Shown here: in pieces, positions 1 to 7,763 of the stretch
How positions within the stretch are numbered: the first letter of the stretch is position 1
Layout of the letters: each line of letters starts with the position of its first letter
Assembly: GCA_045106895.1 (NCBI GenBank)
Contig: JBGCFM010000035.1
Location: forward strand, 1-24,386
Source: Polyangiales bacterium
GTDB taxonomy: Bacteria; Myxococcota_A; Polyangia; Polyangiales; Houyiibacteriaceae
Length of the DNA: 24,386 nt
Reading direction: 5' to 3'
The notes under the pieces: model-generated
Told to the model about the DNA's origin: nothing
Database searches by the model: none
Seen by the model: the letters and a program-made list of their open reading frames with translations, nothing else
Translations under genes and position numbers: made by a program

Positions 1-84
1 GCCTTGTCCCTGCTGACCCTGGCCTTGTCCCTGCTGACCCTGGCCTTGTCCCTGCTGACCCTGACCTTGTCCCTGCTGACCTTG
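1..84. repeat. In-frame 21-bp tandem repeat, at least 4 copies, encoding QGQQGQG
   Basis: GCCTTGTCCCTGCTGACCCTG is exact at 1-21, 22-42 and 43-63. The variant ACCTTGTCCCTGCTGACCTTG is at 64-84. The array may continue beyond the window edge. Confidence 0.95.
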
Positions 85-1527
85 GCCGGGCATTCGCAAC
101 GGGCGGCCACCGGCTCCGAGGGTGAAGCGTTGTAGGCGACCTTGACGGCCTTGCCCCTGTCCCTGTCCTTGCTGCTGTTGGCCTTGTCCTTGTCCGCCGT
201 TTTGTTGGGAGCGACGAATCATCTCGCGTAGCTGCTCCATCTGTCGCTGAAGCTGCTGGCGCTGCTCCTCAGACATCTGTTCGCGGGCCATGCGGTTGAG
301 CTCCTCGGCCATTCGTCGCATCGCTTCGCTGGCCTGGTTTCGATCCTGGGCGTTGCGATTGAGCTGCTCGGCGGCTTGCTGCATCTCCCGTCTCAGACGT
401 TCGAGTTGCCGACGTTGCTCTTGAAGCTGGTTCTGCTCGCGCTGGAGGCGCTCAAGCTGACGACGTTGGCGGCGAAGAAGACGCTGCTCGCGTTCCGACT
501 CGCCGGCCTTGTCGCGTTCTCGCTGAAGCAAGCTCTCCAGCTCGTCACGTTCTTCCTGAAGCTCTTCTTCGCGTCGTTCCGACTCGTCTTCGGCGGCACG
601 TTCGAGGGCCTCGCGAAGCCGATCGAGCTCACGCCGGCTCGGGGCCTCGTCGGCAGCCACACGTTCCGCGAGCTCCTGAATCGCCTCCGCCGCCGCCGCC
701 GCGTCATGTTCCTGGAGAGCCTCGGACGCAGCTTCCGTCATGCCAGAGCGCTGCAGGTCCTGCCCCACTTCTTCGAGGGACTGCTCAAGCGCCTCGGCAT
801 CCATAGGGCGGCCCTCGGCAAGGCGTGACTCCAGCTGTTGGATGCGGCGCAGCGCTTCGCTTCGATTGAGCCTGCGGTCGAGCATGTCTTCGAGCACGGA
901 GTTCAACTCACGCGCCACGCGCCGAACGTCTTCCGAGGTTTCCGAGTCGCGCAAAACCGGGTCGAGGCTCCGCTCGAAGCCGTCCAAGGAGTCTGCGTCC
1001 AAGAGCAAGGGCTCAAGTTCCGCCACGGTGGCCGCGGCGTGGCGCTCGCTCACTTCGAACAGCGAAAGCGCAAAGACGCCAAGGCCCAAACCCACGGCGA
1101 GCATCCAGTCGCGGGGAGCACGCAGCGGCATGGCCCGGTTTGCTTTGAGGTCTTTGCATTGCGCCGCGGCGTCCTCGATGGCCGCCGTCATGAACTCGCT
1201 TTGCTCCGAAAGAGCGGAGAACTCCATGGCGTTCGAGAGCCGGGAGCTCAGGTTGTGACTTCGGTCGATGAGCTGTGCTGGCAGCAGGCCGTGGATGGGC
1301 CGAAGGGCGCCCAGCAGTGCTCCAAGAAAGGGCATCGCGCCTGCGAACCAGAGGGCCAGGTTTACGCGCCGGAGGTCGAGAGCGCCGGTCTTCGCAAAAG
1401 TGAGCGCGACGGCGGCGATGCCCAATCCCACGAACACAAAGACCATTCCCGCGTCGAGGGCTCGCTGCGCTCGAATCCGTCGCCGAACAGCGCCGAGTGG
1501 CTTATGGATGGTGGAGGGGAGGCTCAT
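1..1527 (-). CDS. Membrane-anchored long coiled-coil protein with Gln/Gly low-complexity region (DUF4175-like architecture); 3' end runs off the window
   Basis: Absent from the ORF track because it has no stop in the window. Manual translation from ATG 1527 (in-frame TGA upstream at 1564-1566) gives MSLPSTIHKPLGAVRRRIRAQRALDAGMVFVFVGLGIAAVALTF..., open to position 1. It has about 3 hydrophobic segments, a long E/Q/R-rich heptad region (QRRQLERLQREQNQLQEQRRQLERLRRE), then GQGQQ repeats. Confidence 0.85.
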   Translation of the reverse strand, partial: MSLPSTIHKPLGAVRRRIRAQRALDAGMVFVFVGLGIAAVALTFAKTGALDLRRVNLALWFAGAMPFLGALLGALRPIHGLLPAQLIDRSHNLSSRLSNAMEFSALSEQSEFMTAAIEDAAAQCKDLKANRAMPLRAPRDWMLAVGLGLGVFALSLFEVSERHAAATVAELEPLLLDADSLDGFERSLDPVLRDSETSEDVRRVARELNSVLEDMLDRRLNRSEALRRIQQLESRLAEGRPMDAEALEQSLEEVGQDLQRSGMTEAASEALQEHDAAAAAEAIQELAERVAADEAPSRRELDRLREALERAAEDESERREEELQEERDELESLLQRERDKAGESEREQRLLRRQRRQLERLQREQNQLQEQRRQLERLRREMQQAAEQLNRNAQDRNQASEAMRRMAEELNRMAREQMSEEQRQQLQRQMEQLREMIRRSQQNGGQGQGQQQQGQGQGQGRQGRLQRFTLGAGGRPLRMPGQGQQGQGQGQQGQGQGQQGQGQGQQGQG

Positions 1528-1576
1528 GGGTGAAGTGGACGCCGCAGGTGCGAAGAAGTTCTCTCATCATACGATG

Positions 1577-1619
1577 TTCCGTCGCCGTTTTCCTTGGAAG
1601 AACGTTCAAAACGACGGAA
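1577..1619. repeat. Intergenic inverted repeat/hairpin upstream of the coiled-coil gene
   Basis: TTCCGTCG (1577-1584) pairs with CGACGGAA (1612-1619), with additional internal pairing. A minus-strand TATGAT -10-like hexamer lies at 1566-1571. Confidence 0.5.
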
Positions 1620-1696
1620 GAAACTTGCTCGGGCACAACGCCTGGGGCGGCCAAATACTTCCATGACGACGGGCACTTAGTGGCCCTAGGGGCGTT

Positions 1697-2905
1697 TTAG
1701 CGGTGCGGACCACGTAAGAGGAGCGTTTCCAGCCTAGAACCTACCGGAAAGTGCTCTTGATCTGCAGGAAGTCGAACAAGGGCGTCTGCCAAGGCGAGAT
1801 CGTGCATGGCGCCGGAGTTCTGCTTTTGAAAGGGACTTACAACGAGCTCTGCGGAGCCGACCAGCTTGGATCGCACGAATTCCTCTCTACCGGGCCGATG
1901 GGAGATCGCGTCGCTGAGCGTCGCGCGAACCCACGCTCGAGCTCGCGCCCCAAGCATCTGGCGAATCGCTGGGGACGCGAAGAGGTGAAAGGTGACGAAA
2001 GCAGAGACCGGATTCCCTGGCAGGCTAAGCACCGGGCGCCCATTCAAGAGGCCAAATGCGACAGGTTTCCCTGGCTTGACGGCGACCTTCCAAAACACAT
2101 CTTTCACTCCGCTCTTTACGAGGGACGCCCGCACAAGGTCGTGGTCGCCCACGGACGCGCCGCCGCAGGTAAGGATGAGGTCTGCGTCGTCGAGGGTCCC
2201 GAGGAGGGCGACCATTTCGTCCACGCTGTCGCCACAATGAAGCGCAACACAATGAGCGCCGGCTTCCTCCGCGAGGGCTCGCAGCATGATCCCATTGGAG
2301 TTGAATACACGCCCGGGTGGGAGCGGTGATCCCAGCGGATGAACTTCGTCGCCCGTGGAAATGACCACGACTTTCGGTCGGCGGACGACCTGGAGTTCCT
2401 CCAGTCCCTCGCTCGCGAACGCGCTCAGCACGCCGGCGTCGACCCTTGTTCCGTGTTCAACGAGGAGGGCGCCGGGGTTTCGGCTCGCCCCCTCGGCCCG
2501 CACGTGATGCGCCCGCGGAGACGCGAAGCGCAGAGAGACGTCCGAGCCATCGATGGACGCATCTTCCTGAATGACCACTGCGTCCGCGCCCTCCGGCAAA
2601 GGAGCACCGGTGAAGATACGAACCGCGGTCCCTTTGGCTTGGGGGCCTATCAAGACGCCGCCGGCGCGTGACTCCCCCACGATAGGCAGGCGCACTGGGT
2701 TTTCAGGGCTCGCCCCGAAGACATCGTCCGAATGCACGCTCCAGCCATCCATCGCCGATTGGGCGAACGGAGGGTGGGCCATGGCGGCGTGGAGGGGCGC
2801 GGCGAGGGTGCGCCCAAGCGCGTGATGGATGGAGACCGTCTCCGCATTATTCAGCGGACGAATCTGTTCGAGGATGAGCCCGAGAGCTTCCTGCCGAGTC
2901 TTCAT
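1697..2905 (-). CDS. moeA: Molybdopterin molybdenumtransferase MoeA (gephyrin E-domain-like)
   Basis: Motifs SAMDG, IFTGAPLPEGADAVV.QE, STGDE, GGASVGDHD, KPGKP, LPGNPVS and QNSG; 402 aa. The start overlaps the mltD stop (ATGA, 2902-2905). Confidence 0.95.
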   Translation of the reverse strand: MKTRQEALGLILEQIRPLNNAETVSIHHALGRTLAAPLHAAMAHPPFAQSAMDGWSVHSDDVFGASPENPVRLPIVGESRAGGVLIGPQAKGTAVRIFTGAPLPEGADAVVIQEDASIDGSDVSLRFASPRAHHVRAEGASRNPGALLVEHGTRVDAGVLSAFASEGLEELQVVRRPKVVVISTGDEVHPLGSPLPPGRVFNSNGIMLRALAEEAGAHCVALHCGDSVDEMVALLGTLDDADLILTCGGASVGDHDLVRASLVKSGVKDVFWKVAVKPGKPVAFGLLNGRPVLSLPGNPVSAFVTFHLFASPAIRQMLGARARAWVRATLSDAISHRPGREEFVRSKLVGSAELVVSPFQKQNSGAMHDLALADALVRLPADQEHFPVGSRLETLLLRGPHR

Positions 2906-4962
2906 TCCGATTCCGATTCCGTGTCTGCGCTGGTGGGGGAAGGGTCATCGTTTGTCGGATCGATGGTCTCCGTCGTCTCCGCAGGCGCCTCGAGGGCCGC
3001 CGGCTCCGTTTCGGGTTCCGTTTCGGGCTCCGCGTCGCTCTCTGCCTCTTGCTCCTGCTCGGCCGCCTCCGTTTCTGGCGCGGCCTCGCCGCTTGCCTCT
3101 GTCTCCGGTTCAGTTTGCGTTTCGGGGGGTGCGTTGGGAGCTGGCGTCTCCGCCGCCGGAGCCTCCGCCGCCGGAGTCTCCCCGGCCGGAGTCTCCGGCT
3201 CGCTCGACTCGATGGCTTCCGCAGTCGCGGAGGAAGGAGCCCTGGACGGATCCGCGTAGATGATGACGCGCTGCCCGACCTCAAGGTCGCTGCGTCGTCC
3301 AAAGCGGTTGATGCGAGCCACGCTCCCGGAGCTGAGCCCGTAGCGGCGCGCGAGACCGCGCACCGTGTCGCCTTCGCGAACGATGTGCACAAAACGAACT
3401 CGACCGCGACGCGCTTCGTGGTCATCGAAGAACTCTTCGCTACCGAGCGCCACGATGCGAACCGCGTCTTCTCGAAACACGAGCGCCGTGTCCAAGTCGA
3501 ACGCCTCCGGAACAAAAAGTTGAAGCATCATTCGTGAGTGGAGCGTCGCGTCTTCGTCGAGACCATTCCATCGCCGAAGGTCGTCCGGGGACACGCCGAA
3601 GAATCGGGCGATCTCCGTCGCTGTGTCGTGCCCGAGCGTCCGATAGAACACGCGCACTCGGCCTTCATACTGAAAGCTGCGCGGGGGCGTCACGACAACC
3701 GGGGGCTCTTCGGACTCTTCGTCGCGGGGGGGTCTCGCAGAGACGAGGAGCGTCACGCCGGCGATGCGCTCCCGGCTTTCGATGCCGTTCAGTTCCCGTA
3801 GGGCTCGAGCGCTCATGCCAAAACGTCGCGCGATGCCGGACACGGTCTCGCCGAAACGCACCACGTAGGGGCGCGTTACGGAGTCCCGCGCGCGAAGTCG
3901 GCCCCAGGCGCGTGCGAAGACCTCACTCTGGCCCGCAGGGATATGAATCGAGGTGTTTCCCCGTGGCGGTGTGCGTCCTCGGCGCAGGTGGGGGTTGAGC
4001 GTTCGAATGAGGTCCGCGCTGACTCCCGCGGCTCTCGCGAGCTGGCCTAGGTTTACGCCACCGCCGACTTGAAAGTCCTCGACGGTGAGCGGTTCATCCC
4101 CGTCCGTGTCGAAGCCGAAGCGGGCAGGGTTCCGCATGACCACGGAGCAGGCCATGATCTTTGCGACGTAGATGGTTGTCTCAAAGGGAAGGCCAGCCTC
4201 GAGGCTCGCCAAAGTCCAGTAGTCGTTCGTGTTGTATTTTCGGATCGAACGGACGAGGGCAGGGTAGCCCATATTGTATGCGGCAAGGGCGAGCTCCCAG
4301 CGTCCGAGGCGGCGATACAAGTCGCCCAAGAAGCGCGCCGCTGCGCTGGTGGATTCAACGGGGTCCATCCGCTCATCCACCCAGCGGGTCACGTTCAGAT
4401 CGTACTCGCGGCCCGTTCGCTCCACGAACTGCCACATGCCGACGGCGCCTCGGTGACTTCGCACAGTCGGATCAAAACCGCTCTCCGCCATGGCGACGCA
4501 GCGCAGGTCCTCGGGCAACTGCGCTTCCCGAAGGGTGTCTCGAATCATCGCGCCGTAGCGAGTCGAGCGCCGGAGCCAGGCGTTCATCAACGAGCGCCCT
4601 CGTCGCGATTGGCGAAAGTACTCCAGGTACCGAATCACTGGCGCTCGCCACTGAATCGGCATATCCGGCAGTTCAATATTCTCCAACCATGGAACGGCCG
4701 CGCCTGCCGCGTCTGTGCGTGGCGAAGGACGGATCTCGCTGGTGAGGGATTCGGGGGCTCCAAAAACCACCTCCGTCCCCGCTTCGCTGAGGTCCGACGG
4801 CGTCGCCGTGGGCCTCCCAAAGAGCGAACGTTCTGCATCCCGCAGGGCCTCGAGGGCCGCGGACTCCTCGCCGGCGACCCAGACCTGCTCGTCTTGTTGC
4901 GCGCTTCCGCTCGAGGCGGCGCTAAGAGAGAGCACAAACGCGAGGGCGAAGTGGGGGCGCAT
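2902..4962 (-). CDS. mltD: Lytic murein transglycosylase (SLT domain) with several LysM domains, MltD-like, with acidic C-terminal tail
   Basis: SLT motifs AESGF (catalytic Glu), GAVGMWQFV, DERMDP..ST.AAA, LALAAYNMG and ET..YV.K. LysM repeats YVVRFGETVSGIARRFG and HIVREGDTVRGLARRYG. Start reassigned from 5079 to ATG 4962 (or GTG 4965), which gives the signal peptide MRPHFALAFVLSLSAASSGSA. Confidence 0.9.
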   Translation of the reverse strand: MRPHFALAFVLSLSAASSGSAQQDEQVWVAGEESAALEALRDAERSLFGRPTATPSDLSEAGTEVVFGAPESLTSEIRPSPRTDAAGAAVPWLENIELPDMPIQWRAPVIRYLEYFRQSRRGRSLMNAWLRRSTRYGAMIRDTLREAQLPEDLRCVAMAESGFDPTVRSHRGAVGMWQFVERTGREYDLNVTRWVDERMDPVESTSAAARFLGDLYRRLGRWELALAAYNMGYPALVRSIRKYNTNDYWTLASLEAGLPFETTIYVAKIMACSVVMRNPARFGFDTDGDEPLTVEDFQVGGGVNLGQLARAAGVSADLIRTLNPHLRRGRTPPRGNTSIHIPAGQSEVFARAWGRLRARDSVTRPYVVRFGETVSGIARRFGMSARALRELNGIESRERIAGVTLLVSARPPRDEESEEPPVVVTPPRSFQYEGRVRVFYRTLGHDTATEIARFFGVSPDDLRRWNGLDEDATLHSRMMLQLFVPEAFDLDTALVFREDAVRIVALGSEEFFDDHEARRGRVRFVHIVREGDTVRGLARRYGLSSGSVARINRFGRRSDLEVGQRVIIYADPSRAPSSATAEAIESSEPETPAGETPAAEAPAAETPAPNAPPETQTEPETEASGEAAPETEAAEQEQEAESDAEPETEPETEPAALEAPAETTETIDPTNDDPSPTSADTESESE

Positions 4963-5073
4963 CACACGCGATCCTACGATCCTCCTCCTAATTCGGCGAG
5001 TTTGAGGTGAGTTCGGAGGGCAGTTCCTCACTTCTGTCTCGATTTTCTGGCCTGGGCGCGGTACCCCACGGGG

Positions 5074-6186
5074 GTGCATCGAGGGGTAAAAGAGTTTGTC
5101 GCTTGGGTCGATGGGGCGCGCGACACGGATGAGGTTCAGCTGAACCCGCCTGCGCCGGATGCTCAGCTGTCGGCGGTGGAGCAGATGCTCGGTGGGCCTT
5201 TGCCGGCGGACCTACGCCTTGTGCTCACGCGTTTCAACGGCGGAAAGCTGCCTGTTGGGGAGCTAATGACCGCGGGCATCGAGCCCGGGAGCATCGGAGC
5301 CGAGGTTCGTGTGTACGCCGAGAGTGTCGGCAAAGACTTCCTCGACCCCGAGTTGCTACTGCCTTTTCTGAGGACGGCGGAAGGAAGCCTCCTCGCCTTC
5401 GACCGAAGCGCAGGACCGGTCTCGGACACCTGGCCGATCGTCGATTATTACCCAGACACCGGCGACCACCGCCTGATGCACCGAACCTTCGATGGCTGGT
5501 GCGGTCGCTGCGTCGCGGAGTGGACGTCGGAGGATTGGGGCGCGGACTTCAGCGTGGACACGTACCTGCGCGCCGGTCAGCGGCATGTGAACGTGGAGCC
5601 GGATGTCGCCACCGCGCACGCGACGGTGGCTCACGCGCATCGTCGCGCCGGTCAGCCAAAGGAAGCCCTCGCCGCGTACCTCAAAGCTTCGCGCTGCGTC
5701 CCGCCCCTTCACTGGGTCGACTGGGAGGCCCTGAAGATTGCGGCCTTGCTTTTTGACCCACTCGCGGGTCTGGAGGCGCTTACGCGTCTCGCGTCGTGGG
5801 CGCCGGTGGAGCGCTGGTCGGAGCGAGAGACGGAACCTGGTCGCGTGGCCGAGGTCGCCGCGTTCATCGCGGTTCGTGTTCCTGATAAAGACCCTTGGAT
5901 CAAGCTCCTAATACAGCTGGAAGCCCAGGGACAGGACGCTACCGGCGTTGTTCAGGGGATTCGTGTCGCCCTTCAAAAGGGCGAACCGCTCCCCGCTCCC
6001 CGTGCACCCCGCGAAGAGAGCGTCGTTCCACGTGACGCGGACGTGGACATTTGGTTTCACAACGTGCGGGTCGCCTACACACAGGGCGCACTCCGCGACG
6101 ACGACCTGCTCCTCGACCCGACTTTGAGACCTCTTTCGAAAGTCAGAGACTTTGCCGAAGTGATTCGTATTCGGCGCGATTTCTAG
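5074..6186 (+). CDS. SMI1/KNR4 (SUKH) domain protein with TPR-like helical C-terminal region
   Basis: N-terminal LNPPA...LSAVEQMLG..LPADLR..L..FNGG is the SMI1/KNR4 signature, followed by LLPF...EG.LLAFD...PIV and TFDGW. A TPR-like segment follows: EPDVATAHATVAHAHRRAGQPKEALAAYLKA. Confidence 0.8.
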   Translation: MHRGVKEFVAWVDGARDTDEVQLNPPAPDAQLSAVEQMLGGPLPADLRLVLTRFNGGKLPVGELMTAGIEPGSIGAEVRVYAESVGKDFLDPELLLPFLRTAEGSLLAFDRSAGPVSDTWPIVDYYPDTGDHRLMHRTFDGWCGRCVAEWTSEDWGADFSVDTYLRAGQRHVNVEPDVATAHATVAHAHRRAGQPKEALAAYLKASRCVPPLHWVDWEALKIAALLFDPLAGLEALTRLASWAPVERWSERETEPGRVAEVAAFIAVRVPDKDPWIKLLIQLEAQGQDATGVVQGIRVALQKGEPLPAPRAPREESVVPRDADVDIWFHNVRVAYTQGALRDDDLLLDPTLRPLSKVRDFAEVIRIRRDF

Positions 6187-6254
6187 CGCTGGAGAATCTC
6201 ATCCGCGGCTGCGGGCGGCCTTCGACTTTCCACAAAGAGTGCTACTTTCGTGGC

Positions 6255-7727
6255 GTGCGCCGCGTTGCCTCCGTCTTCCCGTTTTTGTTGATGCTTGGAT
6301 GTCCAGGTTTCTCCATCAGCAACGATGATGGTGGAGTGGAAGACGTCCGAGTCGCGCCGGATGCGGGCGTGCCGCGTGTGGACGCGGATGTGAGCCCCGA
6401 AGACGCCTCCATCGACACGCGCGTCGCGGATGCTGGCCCCTGTGTCCTGGGTGACCCATGTGATGATGGAAACGCCTGCACCGAAGGCGAGCGCTGCACG
6501 GAGTCTGGATGTGGCGGCGGGAGCGCCGTTGTCTGCGAGGGCACAGAGACGCGCTGCGCCGGGAGCGCGATCATTGAAGAGGCCCTCACGGGCGCATGCG
6601 ACGCGGAGATGGGTTGCGTCGCTGACAGCCCGGTTGTCACCGTATGCCCGTTTCTTTGCAGCATGGAGATGTGTGCCTCCTGCAGTTGGACGGACTGGAC
6701 TCAAACCTCGTTGCCGCTGACGGTGCGAGGCTCCGCGATGCCCAACAGTTCCTTCGCCGTAGATGAGGAGGGGGGCCAACACATCGCGTTCCCGACCGAG
6801 CGTCTGGGAGAGGACGGATTCTATTTTACAGCGGTGGACTACGCCTATCGCGCGAACGACGCAGGGACGTGGGAGGTGTCCCCGGTGTCCTCCAGAGTGG
6901 ACCTTCCCGATCTCTCGCTCGTCATCGAGGGCGAAGAGCCGCACCTCCTCGTTTCCGACGGCACCAGTTTTGGCGCGGGCATCGACTACTGGCGACGCGA
7001 AGAAGGGGAGTGGGTGGAAGAAAACGTGCTGTCTGGACCGCACGCGGGCGGCGTCTCCCTCGTCATCGCTGGTGGCCAAGCACATGTCCTGCGTTCGAGC
7101 GGCCGGGGTCTCATCCACGCACAACGAAGCGCCGGAGGCGACTGGACGGAGGAGCCCGTGCTCCCTGGCGCCAGACCCCGCGAGCTGAGCGCGGTCGAAG
7201 CGGAAGGCGACATTCGTGTAGTCTTTCGCGACGGGGATGATGCTCTCGGCTTCGCACGTTACGACGGGCTCGAGTGGACTCTCCGAACCGAGAGTGTTGG
7301 CGCTTCCATCATCGACCCCAAACTCGCCATCGCTCCAGATGGAACGGTCGTCACGAGCTACGTCCTTTCCCTCGTTTCGGACATCGGCGTTGGCACCATC
7401 TCATCCGCGGGCGTGTGGTCCACCACGGTGCTCACAGACACGATGGCCAGTGTCACCGATACGCACGCCATCGCCATCGACCGTACCGGCGGAACGCATG
7501 TGGTATTTCAAACACTCGGCGGCGGGCCCCGCGTCACCCGTTCGGCGTATCGTCTCCCGGGCGGCGACGACGTGTTCACGTTTCGCGATATCGCGAGTGG
7601 TGTTGAGCAAGGGCTGAACTTGCATGTGGATGAAGGCGGCCGCCTGCGCATGCTCGGTCGCCACGTGCTTGACCCAGCTGGCGAGGAACTCAGGTTGAGC
7701 TCGCGCCAAACGTGCCTCTCGTTCTAG
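6255..7727 (+). CDS. Cys-rich lipoprotein with putative beta-propeller (repeat) domain
   Basis: Start reassigned to GTG 6255, giving MRRVASVFPFLLMLGC (lipobox-like). An acidic DAG-type linker precedes a Cys-rich segment (CDDGNACTEGERC...). About 6 repeats of the form S(L/F)A(V/I)D..G..H(I/V).....Y.....G.W..E.V follow. Confidence 0.75.
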   Translation: MRRVASVFPFLLMLGCPGFSISNDDGGVEDVRVAPDAGVPRVDADVSPEDASIDTRVADAGPCVLGDPCDDGNACTEGERCTESGCGGGSAVVCEGTETRCAGSAIIEEALTGACDAEMGCVADSPVVTVCPFLCSMEMCASCSWTDWTQTSLPLTVRGSAMPNSSFAVDEEGGQHIAFPTERLGEDGFYFTAVDYAYRANDAGTWEVSPVSSRVDLPDLSLVIEGEEPHLLVSDGTSFGAGIDYWRREEGEWVEENVLSGPHAGGVSLVIAGGQAHVLRSSGRGLIHAQRSAGGDWTEEPVLPGARPRELSAVEAEGDIRVVFRDGDDALGFARYDGLEWTLRTESVGASIIDPKLAIAPDGTVVTSYVLSLVSDIGVGTISSAGVWSTTVLTDTMASVTDTHAIAIDRTGGTHVVFQTLGGGPRVTRSAYRLPGGDDVFTFRDIASGVEQGLNLHVDEGGRLRMLGRHVLDPAGEELRLSSRQTCLSF

Positions 7728-7763
7728 GGCGCTCAGTTCTGATAGGCCACAGAGGCGTACGCT

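Noticed and set aside
1..84. 21-bp direct repeats as a possible CRISPR array
   Set aside because: The units are contiguous with no spacers, are in frame within a CDS, and no cas genes are present.
376..1700. Plus-strand ORFs 376-828, 740-1258, 838-1533 and 1268-1666
   Set aside because: They are shadows of the long minus-strand coiled-coil CDS (1-1527) and carry no recognisable motifs.
4963..5079. N-terminal extension of mltD to 5079, overlapping the SUKH gene start
   Set aside because: The extension is Arg/Pro-rich with no recognisable features. A clean signal peptide starts at 4962/4965, leaving a normal divergent spacer.
6051..6254. N-terminal extension of the 6051-7727 ORF
   Set aside because: It overlaps the SUKH gene, and the lipoprotein signal and promoter-like motif point to GTG 6255.
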